59,036 nucleotides of DNA, from positions 1 through 59,036 of the forward strand of contig DATBBW010000111.1 of assembly GCA_036270795.1 (NCBI GenBank), given 5' to 3'. Shown here piece by piece: positions 35,235 through 43,201 of the stretch (position 1 is its first letter; every line of letters starts with the position of its first letter). A program made the position numbers and the translations under genes. The notes under the pieces are model-generated. The model did no database searches, was not told the DNA's origin, and saw nothing but the letters and a program-made list of their open reading frames with translations. Origin of the DNA: Gemmatimonadales bacterium. GTDB lineage: Bacteria > Gemmatimonadota > Gemmatimonadetes > Gemmatimonadales > GWC2-71-9.

Positions 35235-36452
35235 ATGCGCCTCGTGTCGGTCGTCGGTGCGCGGCCCAATTTCGTCAAGCTGGCGCCGGTGGATCGGGCC
35301 CTCGCCCCGCGCCCCGACGTGGAACACGTCATCGTGCATACCGGCCAGCACTACGACCCCGAGATGTCGGCCGCGTTCTTCGAGGAGCTGTGGATCCCGG
35401 CGCCTGACTACAACCTCGGCGTCGGCTCCGGCTCGCACGCGAGCCAGACCGCCGCCGTGATGGAGCGGCTCGAACCGGTGCTCGCCCGCCTCCGGCCCGA
35501 TCTCGTCCTCGTATACGGCGACGCGAACTCCACGCTCGCCGCGGCGCTCGTCGCGGCCAAGCTGGGGTTGCCGATCGGCCACGTGGAAGCGGGATTGCGC
35601 AGCGGCCAGCGCACCATGCCCGAGGAGATCAACCGGGTGGTGACGGACCGCCTGTCCGATCTCCTGTTTACCTCGTCGCGCGAGGCGAGCGCGAACGTCG
35701 CGGCGGAGAGCATTGCCACCGAGCGCGTGCATTTCGTCGGCAGTGTGACGATCGACGCGCTGTGCTGGGCGCTCCCCCAGGCCCTCGCGCGCCAGGTCCC
35801 CGCACGGTATGGGCTGCCAGAGGGCGGCTACGCGGTGGTGACGCTGCATCAGCCGACCAACGTGGACGACCCCGCGGTGCTCGGGTTACTAGTCGGGGCC
35901 TTCGCGCGCCTGAGCGGCGAGCGCACGGTCGTGTTCCCGATGCACCCGCGCGCCCGGAAACGGCTGCACCAAGCCGGGGAGGCCGTGGACGGCGCCGGCG
36001 ATCTCCGCCTCCTCGCCCCCGTAGGCTACCTCGAGATGCTGGGCCTGATCGCCGGCGCGGCTGTGGTGATCACTGATTCGGGCGGGCTGCAAGAGGAAAC
36101 GACCTTCCTCGGCGTGCCCTGCCTCACCGTCCGGCCCACCACGGAGCGGCTGGTCACGTGCACCCACGGCACCAACCGCCTCGTGCCGCGGCAGGGCGAC
36201 GCGATCGTCGCAGCGGCCGAACGCGCGATCGCGCGGCGGGCACCGGTGCGCCCCCTCATCGAGCGGTGGGACGGCCACGCCGCCGAGCGGCTGGTGGGCG
36301 TCGTGTGCGACGGCGCAGCGTGGGGCGTCGAGGCCCAGGACGAGGCTGGCGTCGTTGGGACGCTGCCACCGGATGCGCTGCCCGACGACCCGGCCGCGGA
36401 GGCCCACGGTGCGCCGGAGGAGGCTTTCGCTGGAGCGACGCAGGCGCGCTGA
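35235..36452 (+). CDS. wecB: UDP-N-acetylglucosamine 2-epimerase (non-hydrolysing)
   Basis: Motifs are MRLVSVVGARPNFVKLAPV, VHTGQHYD, VYGDANSTLA, HVEAGLRS, PEEINR and TDSGGLQEE. Confidence 0.9.
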   Translation: MRLVSVVGARPNFVKLAPVDRALAPRPDVEHVIVHTGQHYDPEMSAAFFEELWIPAPDYNLGVGSGSHASQTAAVMERLEPVLARLRPDLVLVYGDANSTLAAALVAAKLGLPIGHVEAGLRSGQRTMPEEINRVVTDRLSDLLFTSSREASANVAAESIATERVHFVGSVTIDALCWALPQALARQVPARYGLPEGGYAVVTLHQPTNVDDPAVLGLLVGAFARLSGERTVVFPMHPRARKRLHQAGEAVDGAGDLRLLAPVGYLEMLGLIAGAAVVITDSGGLQEETTFLGVPCLTVRPTTERLVTCTHGTNRLVPRQGDAIVAAAERAIARRAPVRPLIERWDGHAAERLVGVVCDGAAWGVEAQDEAGVVGTLPPDALPDDPAAEAHGAPEEAFAGATQAR

Positions 36453-36787
36453 GGCGCGCAACGCTGTCTCTCGAACCAAGGAGGTGCCCCAGGTGACTGA
36501 CGTGGCGATGAGCGGGGAGCGGACCGCACGCCGCTCCCCGCGTCGCCCGGTGTGCCTGCGTGCTCGCTCTGGGCCCGGTGCCACTGGGCCATTTTCGTCT
36601 TGCAGCGGTTGGGGCGATCCGCTGGCCGATCAGGCGGGGAGGCGCACGAGGGGCGGCCACCCCGCCCGTGGTGCGCGCCCGCCCGCACAAGGCCCCAAAC
36701 TGCGGCTGCGGCACACCGAGCACGGCGGCGCCACACCACCGCCTCCCTCAGTGGACAGGTTCCCTGCCTTCCGAGTCTCAGCCTTCC

Positions 36788-36803
36788 TGGCACCACCTTT
36801 GCA
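36788..36803 (+). promoter_or_regulatory. Perfect-consensus sigma-54 promoter with no obvious downstream ORF (orphan)
   Basis: The sequence is TGGCACCACCTTTGCA, matching 10 of 10 defined positions. The next convincing CDS is 520 nt downstream. Confidence 0.6.
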
Positions 36804-37265
36804 ATGACACGTGCCCGAGCTCGCACGAGGACCTGTGTTGATCCTCGAGACGAGCCCCGTGGACCCGCTGACGGCGGGTGATCCGCCGCAGCCCACGGAC
36901 TGCAGGGCAGGGCATGGGTGGGGAGTTCGGGCCGACTGAGTTGACTGCTCGTGGATTGCGTTCCTCGGCTACCCGGGGTGGAGCAGAGGTACCCCGAGCA
37001 GTGGACCGACTCCCCCTCGCCCCGCTCGCGCGTGTCACCGATCCGGATCGCCCCGCCGCGCGGCGGCAGCGGCCGTGCTCGACCCTCTAGCTCCCATCGC
37101 TCGTGAATGTCACGTGAGCGCGGGCCACCGTTGCGCCCAATTTTGGTGCGTGGCGACTTGGCCAGCGCTTCAGTTCGCTGCAGTAGGCCTTGCCGACGAT
37201 CAGGTGTCATTATCGTAACGTGATATAGATCAGTCGCTTACGGTATCAGACGTGGGGAACGTCTG

Positions 37266-37281
37266 TGGCACTAGCCTTGCT
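37266..37281 (+). promoter_or_regulatory. Perfect-consensus sigma-54 promoter of the rsbR-like operon
   Basis: The sequence is TGGCACTAGCCTTGCT, matching 10 of 10. The predicted TSS is near 37292, which is 33 nt upstream of ATG 37325. A 7-bp inverted repeat cagacgt/acgtctg abuts it (37247..37265). Confidence 0.7.
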
Positions 37282-37324
37282 GTGGCGTCGGGGCAACATT
37301 TGTCCCCGACGAGGATCCCGAGCC

Positions 37325-38233
37325 ATGGCTAAGCAACAGCAAGAGCGGACGTCTCCCGCGGCCGGCCTGCCTGCCCAAACGCAGGACACCGTCGCGCTAC
37401 TGCGCGAACTGGTGGCTCACCTGCGCCAGAACCGCACCCAACTGCGCGAAGAGTGGGCCCGCCGTATCACCCGGGCCGAACTGCTCACGGCGATGACAGA
37501 GCAGGAAATCTTCGCCGAAGCGACCTCGGTGTACGACAACTACGTCGAGGCCCTCGAGACGGGGACGTTCGAGGCGTTGCAGGCGTACGCGCGCAACCTG
37601 TCAGAGCGCATCATCCCGCGCGGCGTCGAGACGCACGAAGTCGTCGGGATCGTGCTGCTGCTGCGCGACGTGCTGGCCCGCTCGCTGTTCGCCAAGTACC
37701 ACGAAGACTTCGATAAACTCAACCGCATTCTCGACGCGTACGAGCCCGCCGCGAACCGCATCGCCAACACCGTGGCCGTGGGCTTTGTGCAGGAACGCGA
37801 GCGCATCATCCGCCAGCAACAGGAGGCGATTCGCGAGCTCTCGACGCCGGTGCTCCAGGTGCGCGAACGGCTGCTCATCCTCCCCATCATCGGCGTGATC
37901 GATCCGCAGCGCAACCGGCAGCTCACCGAACAGCTGCTGCGGGCGATCCGCACCAACCGCGCCAAGGTCGTTGTGATCGACATCACCGGTGTGGCGGCGA
38001 TGGACTCCAATGTGGCGAACCAACTGGTGCAAACCGTCGAAGCCTCGCGGCTTTTGGGCGCCACGGTCATCGTCACCGGCCTCTCCCCCGAGATCGCGCA
38101 GACGCTCGTCACCATCGGTGTGGACTTGAGCGAAATGGCGACGGTCGGCGACCTGCAAGGCGGTATCGAGGAAGCGGAGCGGCTGCTCGGCTACAAGGTC
38201 CTGCCATTGGACGAGCTGACCCCGAAGGCCTGA
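37325..38233 (+). CDS. rsbR: RsbR-like stressosome sensor (N-terminal helical/globin-like domain + STAS)
   Basis: The STAS region is LLILPIIGVIDPQR...VVVIDITGVAAMDSNVANQL...VTGLSPEIAQTLVTIGV. Both Thr residues sit in the contexts of the RsbT-phosphorylated threonines of B. subtilis RsbR. Confidence 0.8.
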   Translation: MAKQQQERTSPAAGLPAQTQDTVALLRELVAHLRQNRTQLREEWARRITRAELLTAMTEQEIFAEATSVYDNYVEALETGTFEALQAYARNLSERIIPRGVETHEVVGIVLLLRDVLARSLFAKYHEDFDKLNRILDAYEPAANRIANTVAVGFVQERERIIRQQQEAIRELSTPVLQVRERLLILPIIGVIDPQRNRQLTEQLLRAIRTNRAKVVVIDITGVAAMDSNVANQLVQTVEASRLLGATVIVTGLSPEIAQTLVTIGVDLSEMATVGDLQGGIEEAERLLGYKVLPLDELTPKA

Positions 38234-38260
38234 GCTCGACTCACTCCGGCACCGGAGGGC

Positions 38261-38656
38261 GTGGTGGAAGTTCCGATCCTCAAGCAGGGCCAGTACCTCA
38301 TCGCCTCGATCCAGTCCGCGCTGACCGACGCGGATCTGTCGCAGCTGCGCGAGGCGCTGATCCAACGGGTGGGGAAGTTCCGGGCCCGCGGCGTCATCGT
38401 CGACGTCACCGCGCTCGACGTCATGGACTCGTTCGCCGTGCGCACCCTGCGCGATATCGCCCACATGGCGCGCCTGCGCGGCGCCGAGACCGTCATCGTC
38501 GGGATCCAGCCCGAGGTCGCCTTCGCCATGGTGCAACTCGGGTTGACGCTCAAAGGGGTCGCCACCGCGCTCGATCTCGAGGAGGGGTTGGCCTTTTTGG
38601 ACCGCCACGCCCAAGGCCGTCTCGACCAGGTGAAGGGCCCGATCACCCGTGGCTGA
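38261..38656 (+). CDS. rsbS: RsbS-like single-STAS stressosome scaffold protein
   Basis: The sequence VPILKQGQYLIASIQ...VIVDVTALDVMDSFAVR...GIQPEVAFAMVQLGL...TALDLEEGLAFL is collinear with B. subtilis RsbS as I recall it, including the phospho-Ser in the DSF context. GGAGGG is upstream. Confidence 0.85.
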   Translation: MVEVPILKQGQYLIASIQSALTDADLSQLREALIQRVGKFRARGVIVDVTALDVMDSFAVRTLRDIAHMARLRGAETVIVGIQPEVAFAMVQLGLTLKGVATALDLEEGLAFLDRHAQGRLDQVKGPITRG

Positions 38657-39059
38657 TGCCGTCCGGGTCCCGATCGCGGCCGACGTGGACGTGGTGGACG
38701 CGCGCCAACGCGGCCGCGAGCTGGCAGCGGAAGCCGGGTTCTCGAGCGGGGACCAAACCGTGATCGCCGCCGCGATCTCGGAAATCGCGCGCAACATCCT
38801 GATGTACGCGAAACGGGGCGAGGTCGCGGTCCGCATCGTCGCCAACGGCGACCGCCAGGGCGTCGAGGTGGTGGCGCGCGATCAGGGCCCCGGGATTGCC
38901 GATGTGGCGCGCGCCTTACAGGACGGGTATTCGACGTCGGGCGGCTTGGGCCTGGGCATGCCCGGCGCCCGGCGACTCATGGACGATTTCGACGTCACGT
39001 CGGCCGTGGGCCAGGGCACAACCGTGACGATGCGGAAATGGCGGCCCCTGACCGGCTGA
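38649..39059 (+). CDS. rsbT: RsbT-like serine kinase (GHKL ATPase, anti-sigma-factor-kinase type)
   Basis: The start overlaps rsbS by 8 nt. Motifs are ISEIARNILMYA (N-box), ARDQGPGI and GGLGLGMPGARRLMD. The protein is 136 aa. Confidence 0.8.
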   Translation: MADAVRVPIAADVDVVDARQRGRELAAEAGFSSGDQTVIAAAISEIARNILMYAKRGEVAVRIVANGDRQGVEVVARDQGPGIADVARALQDGYSTSGGLGLGMPGARRLMDDFDVTSAVGQGTTVTMRKWRPLTG

Positions 39060-39688
39060 GCGGCGGGGCGAATGCTCCCCACCTCATCGAGTACGGCGTC
39101 GCCACGCTCGCGCTTGCCGGCGAAACCGAATCGGGCGATCTCCACCTCGTGCAACCCGCCGGCACGGGCGTGCTGGTGTCCGTCGTCGACGGTCTCGGCC
39201 ACGGCCCGGAAGCGGCCGCCGCGGCACGCGCGGCCATCACTGCGTTGGCCCGACAGGCACCCGCGCCCGTGCTGACCCTGCTCCAGGCGTGCCACCAGGC
39301 GCTCATCGGGACTCGCGGCGTGGTGATGAGCCTCGCCAGCTTCGATCGCGCCGATGGCGCGATGACCTGGGTGGGCGTGGGCAATGTCGAGGGGGTGCTC
39401 CTCTACACCGACCCCGGGGCTCGTCAGGCGCACACCACCCTCGTCACCCGCGGTGGCATCGTCGGCGGGGAGCTGCCAAAGCTCCACGCCGAAGTCATCT
39501 CGATCTCCCCCGGCGACACCCTGATCTTTGCCACCGACGGGATCAAGGCCGCGTTTGCCGACGGCCTGCCGGTCGAGCTGGCGCCCCAAGAACTGGCCGA
39601 GCTCATTCTCGCGCGCCACTCCAAGGGAACGGATGATGCGCTCGTCTTGGTGGCCCGGTACACGGGCGGCCTCCGAGGCGCGGCGTGA
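39038..39688 (+). CDS. Stand-alone PP2C/SpoIIE-family phosphatase (RsbX-like)
   Basis: Motifs are [25 protein letters not shown] and IFATDGI. The protein is about 216 aa with no N-terminal RsbU-type domain. It overlaps rsbT by 22 nt. Confidence 0.75.
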   Translation: MAAPDRLSGGANAPHLIEYGVATLALAGETESGDLHLVQPAGTGVLVSVVDGLGHGPEAAAAARAAITALARQAPAPVLTLLQACHQALIGTRGVVMSLASFDRADGAMTWVGVGNVEGVLLYTDPGARQAHTTLVTRGGIVGGELPKLHAEVISISPGDTLIFATDGIKAAFADGLPVELAPQELAELILARHSKGTDDALVLVARYTGGLRGAA

Positions 39689-41097
39689 CGCAATCGGTGC
39701 CGCTGCAATCATCGCCGGCGCCGGCGCCGCCCCAGCCGCCGAGCCCGCGGCTGCTGCAGGTGCTCGTCGTCACGGCCGAGGAGGGGGACGGGCTGCTCCC
39801 GAGTCTGCGCCAGTGGGCGGCCGATGCCGGCGTGGCGGTGCAGGCAGTTCCTGACCTCCCCCGCGCCGTGCGCCAACTCGCCGCCCAGCCTTGGGATATC
39901 GTGCTCGCGATCCTGGGCGAGCGCGCCGATGAAGATCTCACGTGGTGGGCGGACGCGCTGCGGGGGGCCGCAGGCACTCCGCGGCTCCTCGTGGCCGCGC
40001 TGGCGCCGTCCCTGGGGCTGGTGCTGCGCGCCGAGAAGCTCGGCGTGCTCGACCTGCTGTCCCTGCCGCTGCGCCGCGACGACATCGTCCGGGCCTTGGG
40101 CCGGGTGCGCGCCGCGGCCGCGGAAGTGGCCGTGCCGCTTCCGGAGGTGCAGCACCACGCGGTGGGGCCCTACGCCCTGGTGGGCCAGAGCCCCGCCATG
40201 CTCGAGGTCTACAAGCTGAGCGCGCGCGTGGCGGCGAGTAGCGCGACCGTCCTGATCCAGGGGGAGTCCGGCACCGGCAAGGAGGTCGTCGCGCGCGCCA
40301 TCCACGCGAACGGAGCCAAGGCTGCGGGCCCGTTCGTCGCCGTCAACTGCGCCGCCATCCCCGAGAACCTGCTCGAGAGCGAGTTGTTCGGCCACGAGAA
40401 GGGTGCGTTCACCGGGGCCGTCACCCGTAAGATCGGGCGCTTCGAGCAAGCCGCCGGGGGCACGCTGTTCCTCGACGAAATCGCGGACATGGGTCTCGCG
40501 CTGCAGTCGAAAATCCTGCGCGCCGTGCAGGAACGCGAGATCGAGCGGCTCGGCGGCGCCGGGTCGATCCCCGTCGAAGTGCGCCTCATCGCGGCCACGA
40601 ACCGCGACCTGCGCCAGGCGATTGCGCAGGGCCGCTTCCGGGAGGACCTGTACTATCGCCTCGCCGTGGTGACGATCCAACTCCCCACCTTGGCCAACCG
40701 GGGCGAGGACCTCGTCCTCCTGACCGCCTATTACGCCCGCCTCTTCGCCGAGCGCTATGGGAAGCGGCTGCGGGCCATCTCGGATCGCGCCCTGGAGCTG
40801 CTGCGCCACCACGCGTGGGTGGGGAACGTGCGGGAATTGCGCAACGTCGTGGAGCGCGCCGTCATCGTCGCGACGGACGACACGCTGCGCGCGGAGCACC
40901 TGCCGGAGGAGTTGCGGGGTGAGGACACCTCCCACGCCGACGGGCCGCAGGGCACCATGCTCACGCTGGCAGAGCTCGAGGCGCGCCATATCGCCCGGGT
41001 CCTGGCCCACACCGACGGGCAGATCGGCGCTGCCGCGGAGCTGCTCGGGATCCACCGCAACACGCTCACCCGGAAGATGAAGGAATACGGTCTGTGA
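39685..41097 (+). CDS. Sigma-54 enhancer-binding protein with an N-terminal pseudo-receiver domain
   Basis: There is a GTGA start/stop overlap. Walker A is GESGTGKE, and GAFTGA and [15 protein letters not shown] are present. The C-terminal HTH is [21 protein letters not shown]. The N-terminal REC-like fold lacks DD, the phospho-Asp, T and K. Confidence 0.88.
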   Translation: MTQSVPLQSSPAPAPPQPPSPRLLQVLVVTAEEGDGLLPSLRQWAADAGVAVQAVPDLPRAVRQLAAQPWDIVLAILGERADEDLTWWADALRGAAGTPRLLVAALAPSLGLVLRAEKLGVLDLLSLPLRRDDIVRALGRVRAAAAEVAVPLPEVQHHAVGPYALVGQSPAMLEVYKLSARVAASSATVLIQGESGTGKEVVARAIHANGAKAAGPFVAVNCAAIPENLLESELFGHEKGAFTGAVTRKIGRFEQAAGGTLFLDEIADMGLALQSKILRAVQEREIERLGGAGSIPVEVRLIAATNRDLRQAIAQGRFREDLYYRLAVVTIQLPTLANRGEDLVLLTAYYARLFAERYGKRLRAISDRALELLRHHAWVGNVRELRNVVERAVIVATDDTLRAEHLPEELRGEDTSHADGPQGTMLTLAELEARHIARVLAHTDGQIGAAAELLGIHRNTLTRKMKEYGL

Positions 41098-42392
41098 GCG
41101 AGCCGCTCCTCCCCCCGCTGCGCGTCGAAAAGGCGGTCGAGCTGCTCCCCGACGTCGAGGCGCTGGCGCCGCTGCGTGCCCTGCTCGTGTCCATCGCCCG
41201 CGCCGACGAACGCTCCCGTTGGTCGAGCTCCGGTCCCTATCTGACACTGGGGAAGCGCGGGGTCGAGCCCGACGAACTGCGGCGCAGCGTGCCCCACGTG
41301 CTGCATCAGGTCACCGACCACGTGCGGAGCCTGTATGAGGCGTACGTGGGCGCGCTCGACGCGGTGCAACGGGGGGACGTGGCCCGGGCGGTCGCGGCAC
41401 TCCTGCACGCCGGCCGGCTGGAGGAGAGCGTGGGCCGGCTAGCGCAGAGCCGGGCCTGGTACGAGCGGGCGCGGAGCCTGGCCGCGACGCTGCCGGATCG
41501 CCGACCCGAGGTCGAATTGCTCGGCTCGCTCGGTCGGGTGGGGCTCGCGCTTGGCGATGCGGCCGAGGGCGCGCGGTATTTCCAGCGTGCCCTGGCGCTC
41601 GCCGAAGCAGAGTTCGACCAAGCCGGCGCGATCGCGGCGTGCGAGGGACTCGGGGACGCGGCACTGCGGCAGGGGGAATGGGCCGGCGCGCAAGCGTGGT
41701 ATGTGCGGGGACTGCGCCTGGCTGAGGCGTCGGACGATGCCCGCGGCGTGGGACGTCTGGAACGCCAGCTGGGCGCCGTGGCGCGCCGCCAGGGCGACCT
41801 CGTCCGCGCGGGCAACCACCTGCGCCGGGCGCGGGAGCGGCTGGAAGGAGCGGGGGCGGCGGAGGAGCTGGCCCACGTGCTCAACGTCCAGGGGCAACTC
41901 GACGCCCAGTCGGGACGCCACCAGGCAGCGTCGGCTGCGTACCGCGAGGCCCTGGCCTGGATGCAACGCGCGCCGCGCGACCTGGCCCTCGAGCTCGCCA
42001 TTCGGCTCGGCCTGAGCGAGCTACTCCTCGAGGCGACCCGGTACCTCGAGGCCGACGAGGAGCTGCGGCGCGCCGAGCAAGCAGCCATCGCCGGCAACCT
42101 CACCCTCCCCCTGGTGCAGATCTACACCCTGATGGGCAAGCTGCGCGGCGCCCAGGACGACGAGACGGGGTTCGTCTTCTTCGAGCAGGCGGTTGAGCTG
42201 TGCCGGACGCTCGGCCAATCCCTCGAGGCGGTGGCGCAGGTCTACTTCGAGTACGGCCTGTTCCGCGAGCGGCTGGGCCAGCTCGAGGAAGCGCGCGCCT
42301 ATCTCGAGCGGGCCCGCGGCATCTTCGAGTCGCTGGGGGAGGCGAGGGGACGCGACCGCGTGGAAACCGAGCTGAAGAAGCTGTCGGCCTAG
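41094..42392 (+). CDS. TPR-repeat protein (432 aa)
   Basis: There is a GTGA overlap with the bEBP gene. The sequence shows repeated A/L-rich 34-residue periodicity (W..A...Y...L.LA....D..G...). Confidence 0.75.
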   Translation: MSEPLLPPLRVEKAVELLPDVEALAPLRALLVSIARADERSRWSSSGPYLTLGKRGVEPDELRRSVPHVLHQVTDHVRSLYEAYVGALDAVQRGDVARAVAALLHAGRLEESVGRLAQSRAWYERARSLAATLPDRRPEVELLGSLGRVGLALGDAAEGARYFQRALALAEAEFDQAGAIAACEGLGDAALRQGEWAGAQAWYVRGLRLAEASDDARGVGRLERQLGAVARRQGDLVRAGNHLRRARERLEGAGAAEELAHVLNVQGQLDAQSGRHQAASAAYREALAWMQRAPRDLALELAIRLGLSELLLEATRYLEADEELRRAEQAAIAGNLTLPLVQIYTLMGKLRGAQDDETGFVFFEQAVELCRTLGQSLEAVAQVYFEYGLFRERLGQLEEARAYLERARGIFESLGEARGRDRVETELKKLSA

Positions 42393-42435
42393 CGCGCCGG
42401 GCGCCCGCGGCGCGCGCGTCGTTCGAGCCCCTGCG

Positions 42436-42663
42436 CTAATGATTCGTGAGCGGGTTCTTCTGCGTCGTCGTGTCCCGTCGCGCCGCGGTCCGCGCCGGGG
42501 CCTTCGACTTGGACTTCTTCGTCGAAGCCTTCGACCGCGTCGCGGCGGGTTTGGTCGCGTGCCCTGCGGCGCGGCTGTGCGTCGGGGCGGCTTGGGGCTT
42601 GCTGTCGCTGCCGCAGGCAGCGAGACCGAGCAGGGCCAGCGCTAGGAAGAACGGCTTCGACAT
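42436..42663 (-). CDS. Small basic lipoprotein (75 aa)
   Basis: GGAGG lies 4 nt upstream of ATG 42663. The signal peptide with lipobox is MSKPFFLALALLGLAAC. The mature part is Lys/Ala/Thr-rich. Confidence 0.55.
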   Translation of the reverse strand: MSKPFFLALALLGLAACGSDSKPQAAPTHSRAAGHATKPAATRSKASTKKSKSKAPARTAARRDTTTQKNPLTNH

Positions 42664-42719
42664 GGCTCCTCCGACGGCCGGTGGAGGTGCAATATACGAC
42701 ACTGGCCCGGCCCGCGCGC

Positions 42720-43115
42720 CTAGTCGCGCCTCACCGACCACGTGAGGCAGGTCGAGCCCCTCCACCCAGGAGACGCATCTCCCGCCCGGGGAACTCGCAC
42801 GCCTCCACCCCAGCGGGCTCCAGCCGGGACGGCGTTTCGGGGTTGCCGGCGATCGCCATGACCCGGCGCGGCGCGAGACCCAGCACGCCGCAGCCGAGCG
42901 TCGGGAACTCGGCATCCGGCAGCTCGACGAGCTCGATGCCCCGAGCCAGCAGGGCCTTCCGGAACGGCACTGGCATGAACGGCGCGAACATCAAACACCA
43001 GTCGCGGTCGAACGGGCTCGCCAGCGACATCGCGTGGAACACCTCGCTCGGCGTCCCGCACCTGCTTCACGGCGTGGCGCCGCAGCCGCCCCACGTCGCT
43101 CTCGCCGCTCAGCAT
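42720..43115 (-). pseudogene. Remnant (C-terminal half, frameshifted) of an amidinotransferase-superfamily enzyme (DDAH/arginine-deiminase-like)
   Basis: One frame gives FHAMSLASPF...ELPDAEFPTLGCGVLGL...EFPGREMRLLGGG. The expected catalytic-Cys motif GSTCLT continues in another frame after a G-run (about 42765..42775). No N-terminal half is present. Confidence 0.45.
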
Positions 43116-43201
43116 ACGCTCCCCGGCTGGCCACCGTTACGGTGTGGCACCAAGTTTAGCGACGTTCGCCCCAGCCGTCATTGCGCGCCGAGGAGACCTC
43201 C

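Noticed and set aside
36026-37210. ORFs across the gene-free region: 36026..37210 minus (394 aa), and 36493..36807 plus (about 105 aa) preceded by a strong SD-like AAGGAGG at 36478..36484.
   Set aside because: Both translations are Arg/Pro/Gly-rich with no motifs. The plus-strand ORF runs into the 36788 sigma-54 promoter. The SD-like sequence remains unexplained, so ribosome profiling would be needed to exclude a small protein.
10197-43160. Weaker sigma-54-like motifs: 10197..10212 (+) CGGCCT-N5-TTGCG, 22842..22857 (-) CGGTCC-N5-TTGCG and 28820..28835 (+) CGGTAT-N5-TTGCG. Also 28676..28691 (-) TGGCCC-N5-CTGCG, 32276..32291 (-) CGGCCC-N5-TTGCA, 32517..32532 (+) TGGCGC-N5-ATGCA and 43145..43160 (+) TGGCAC followed by TTAGC, with GC one position out of register.
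   Set aside because: They match only 7-8 of the 10 defined positions, or have wrong spacing. GG-N10-GC with a partial TTGC is short enough to arise by chance in GC-rich DNA. They are worth including in a PWM scan, but I do not call them as promoters.
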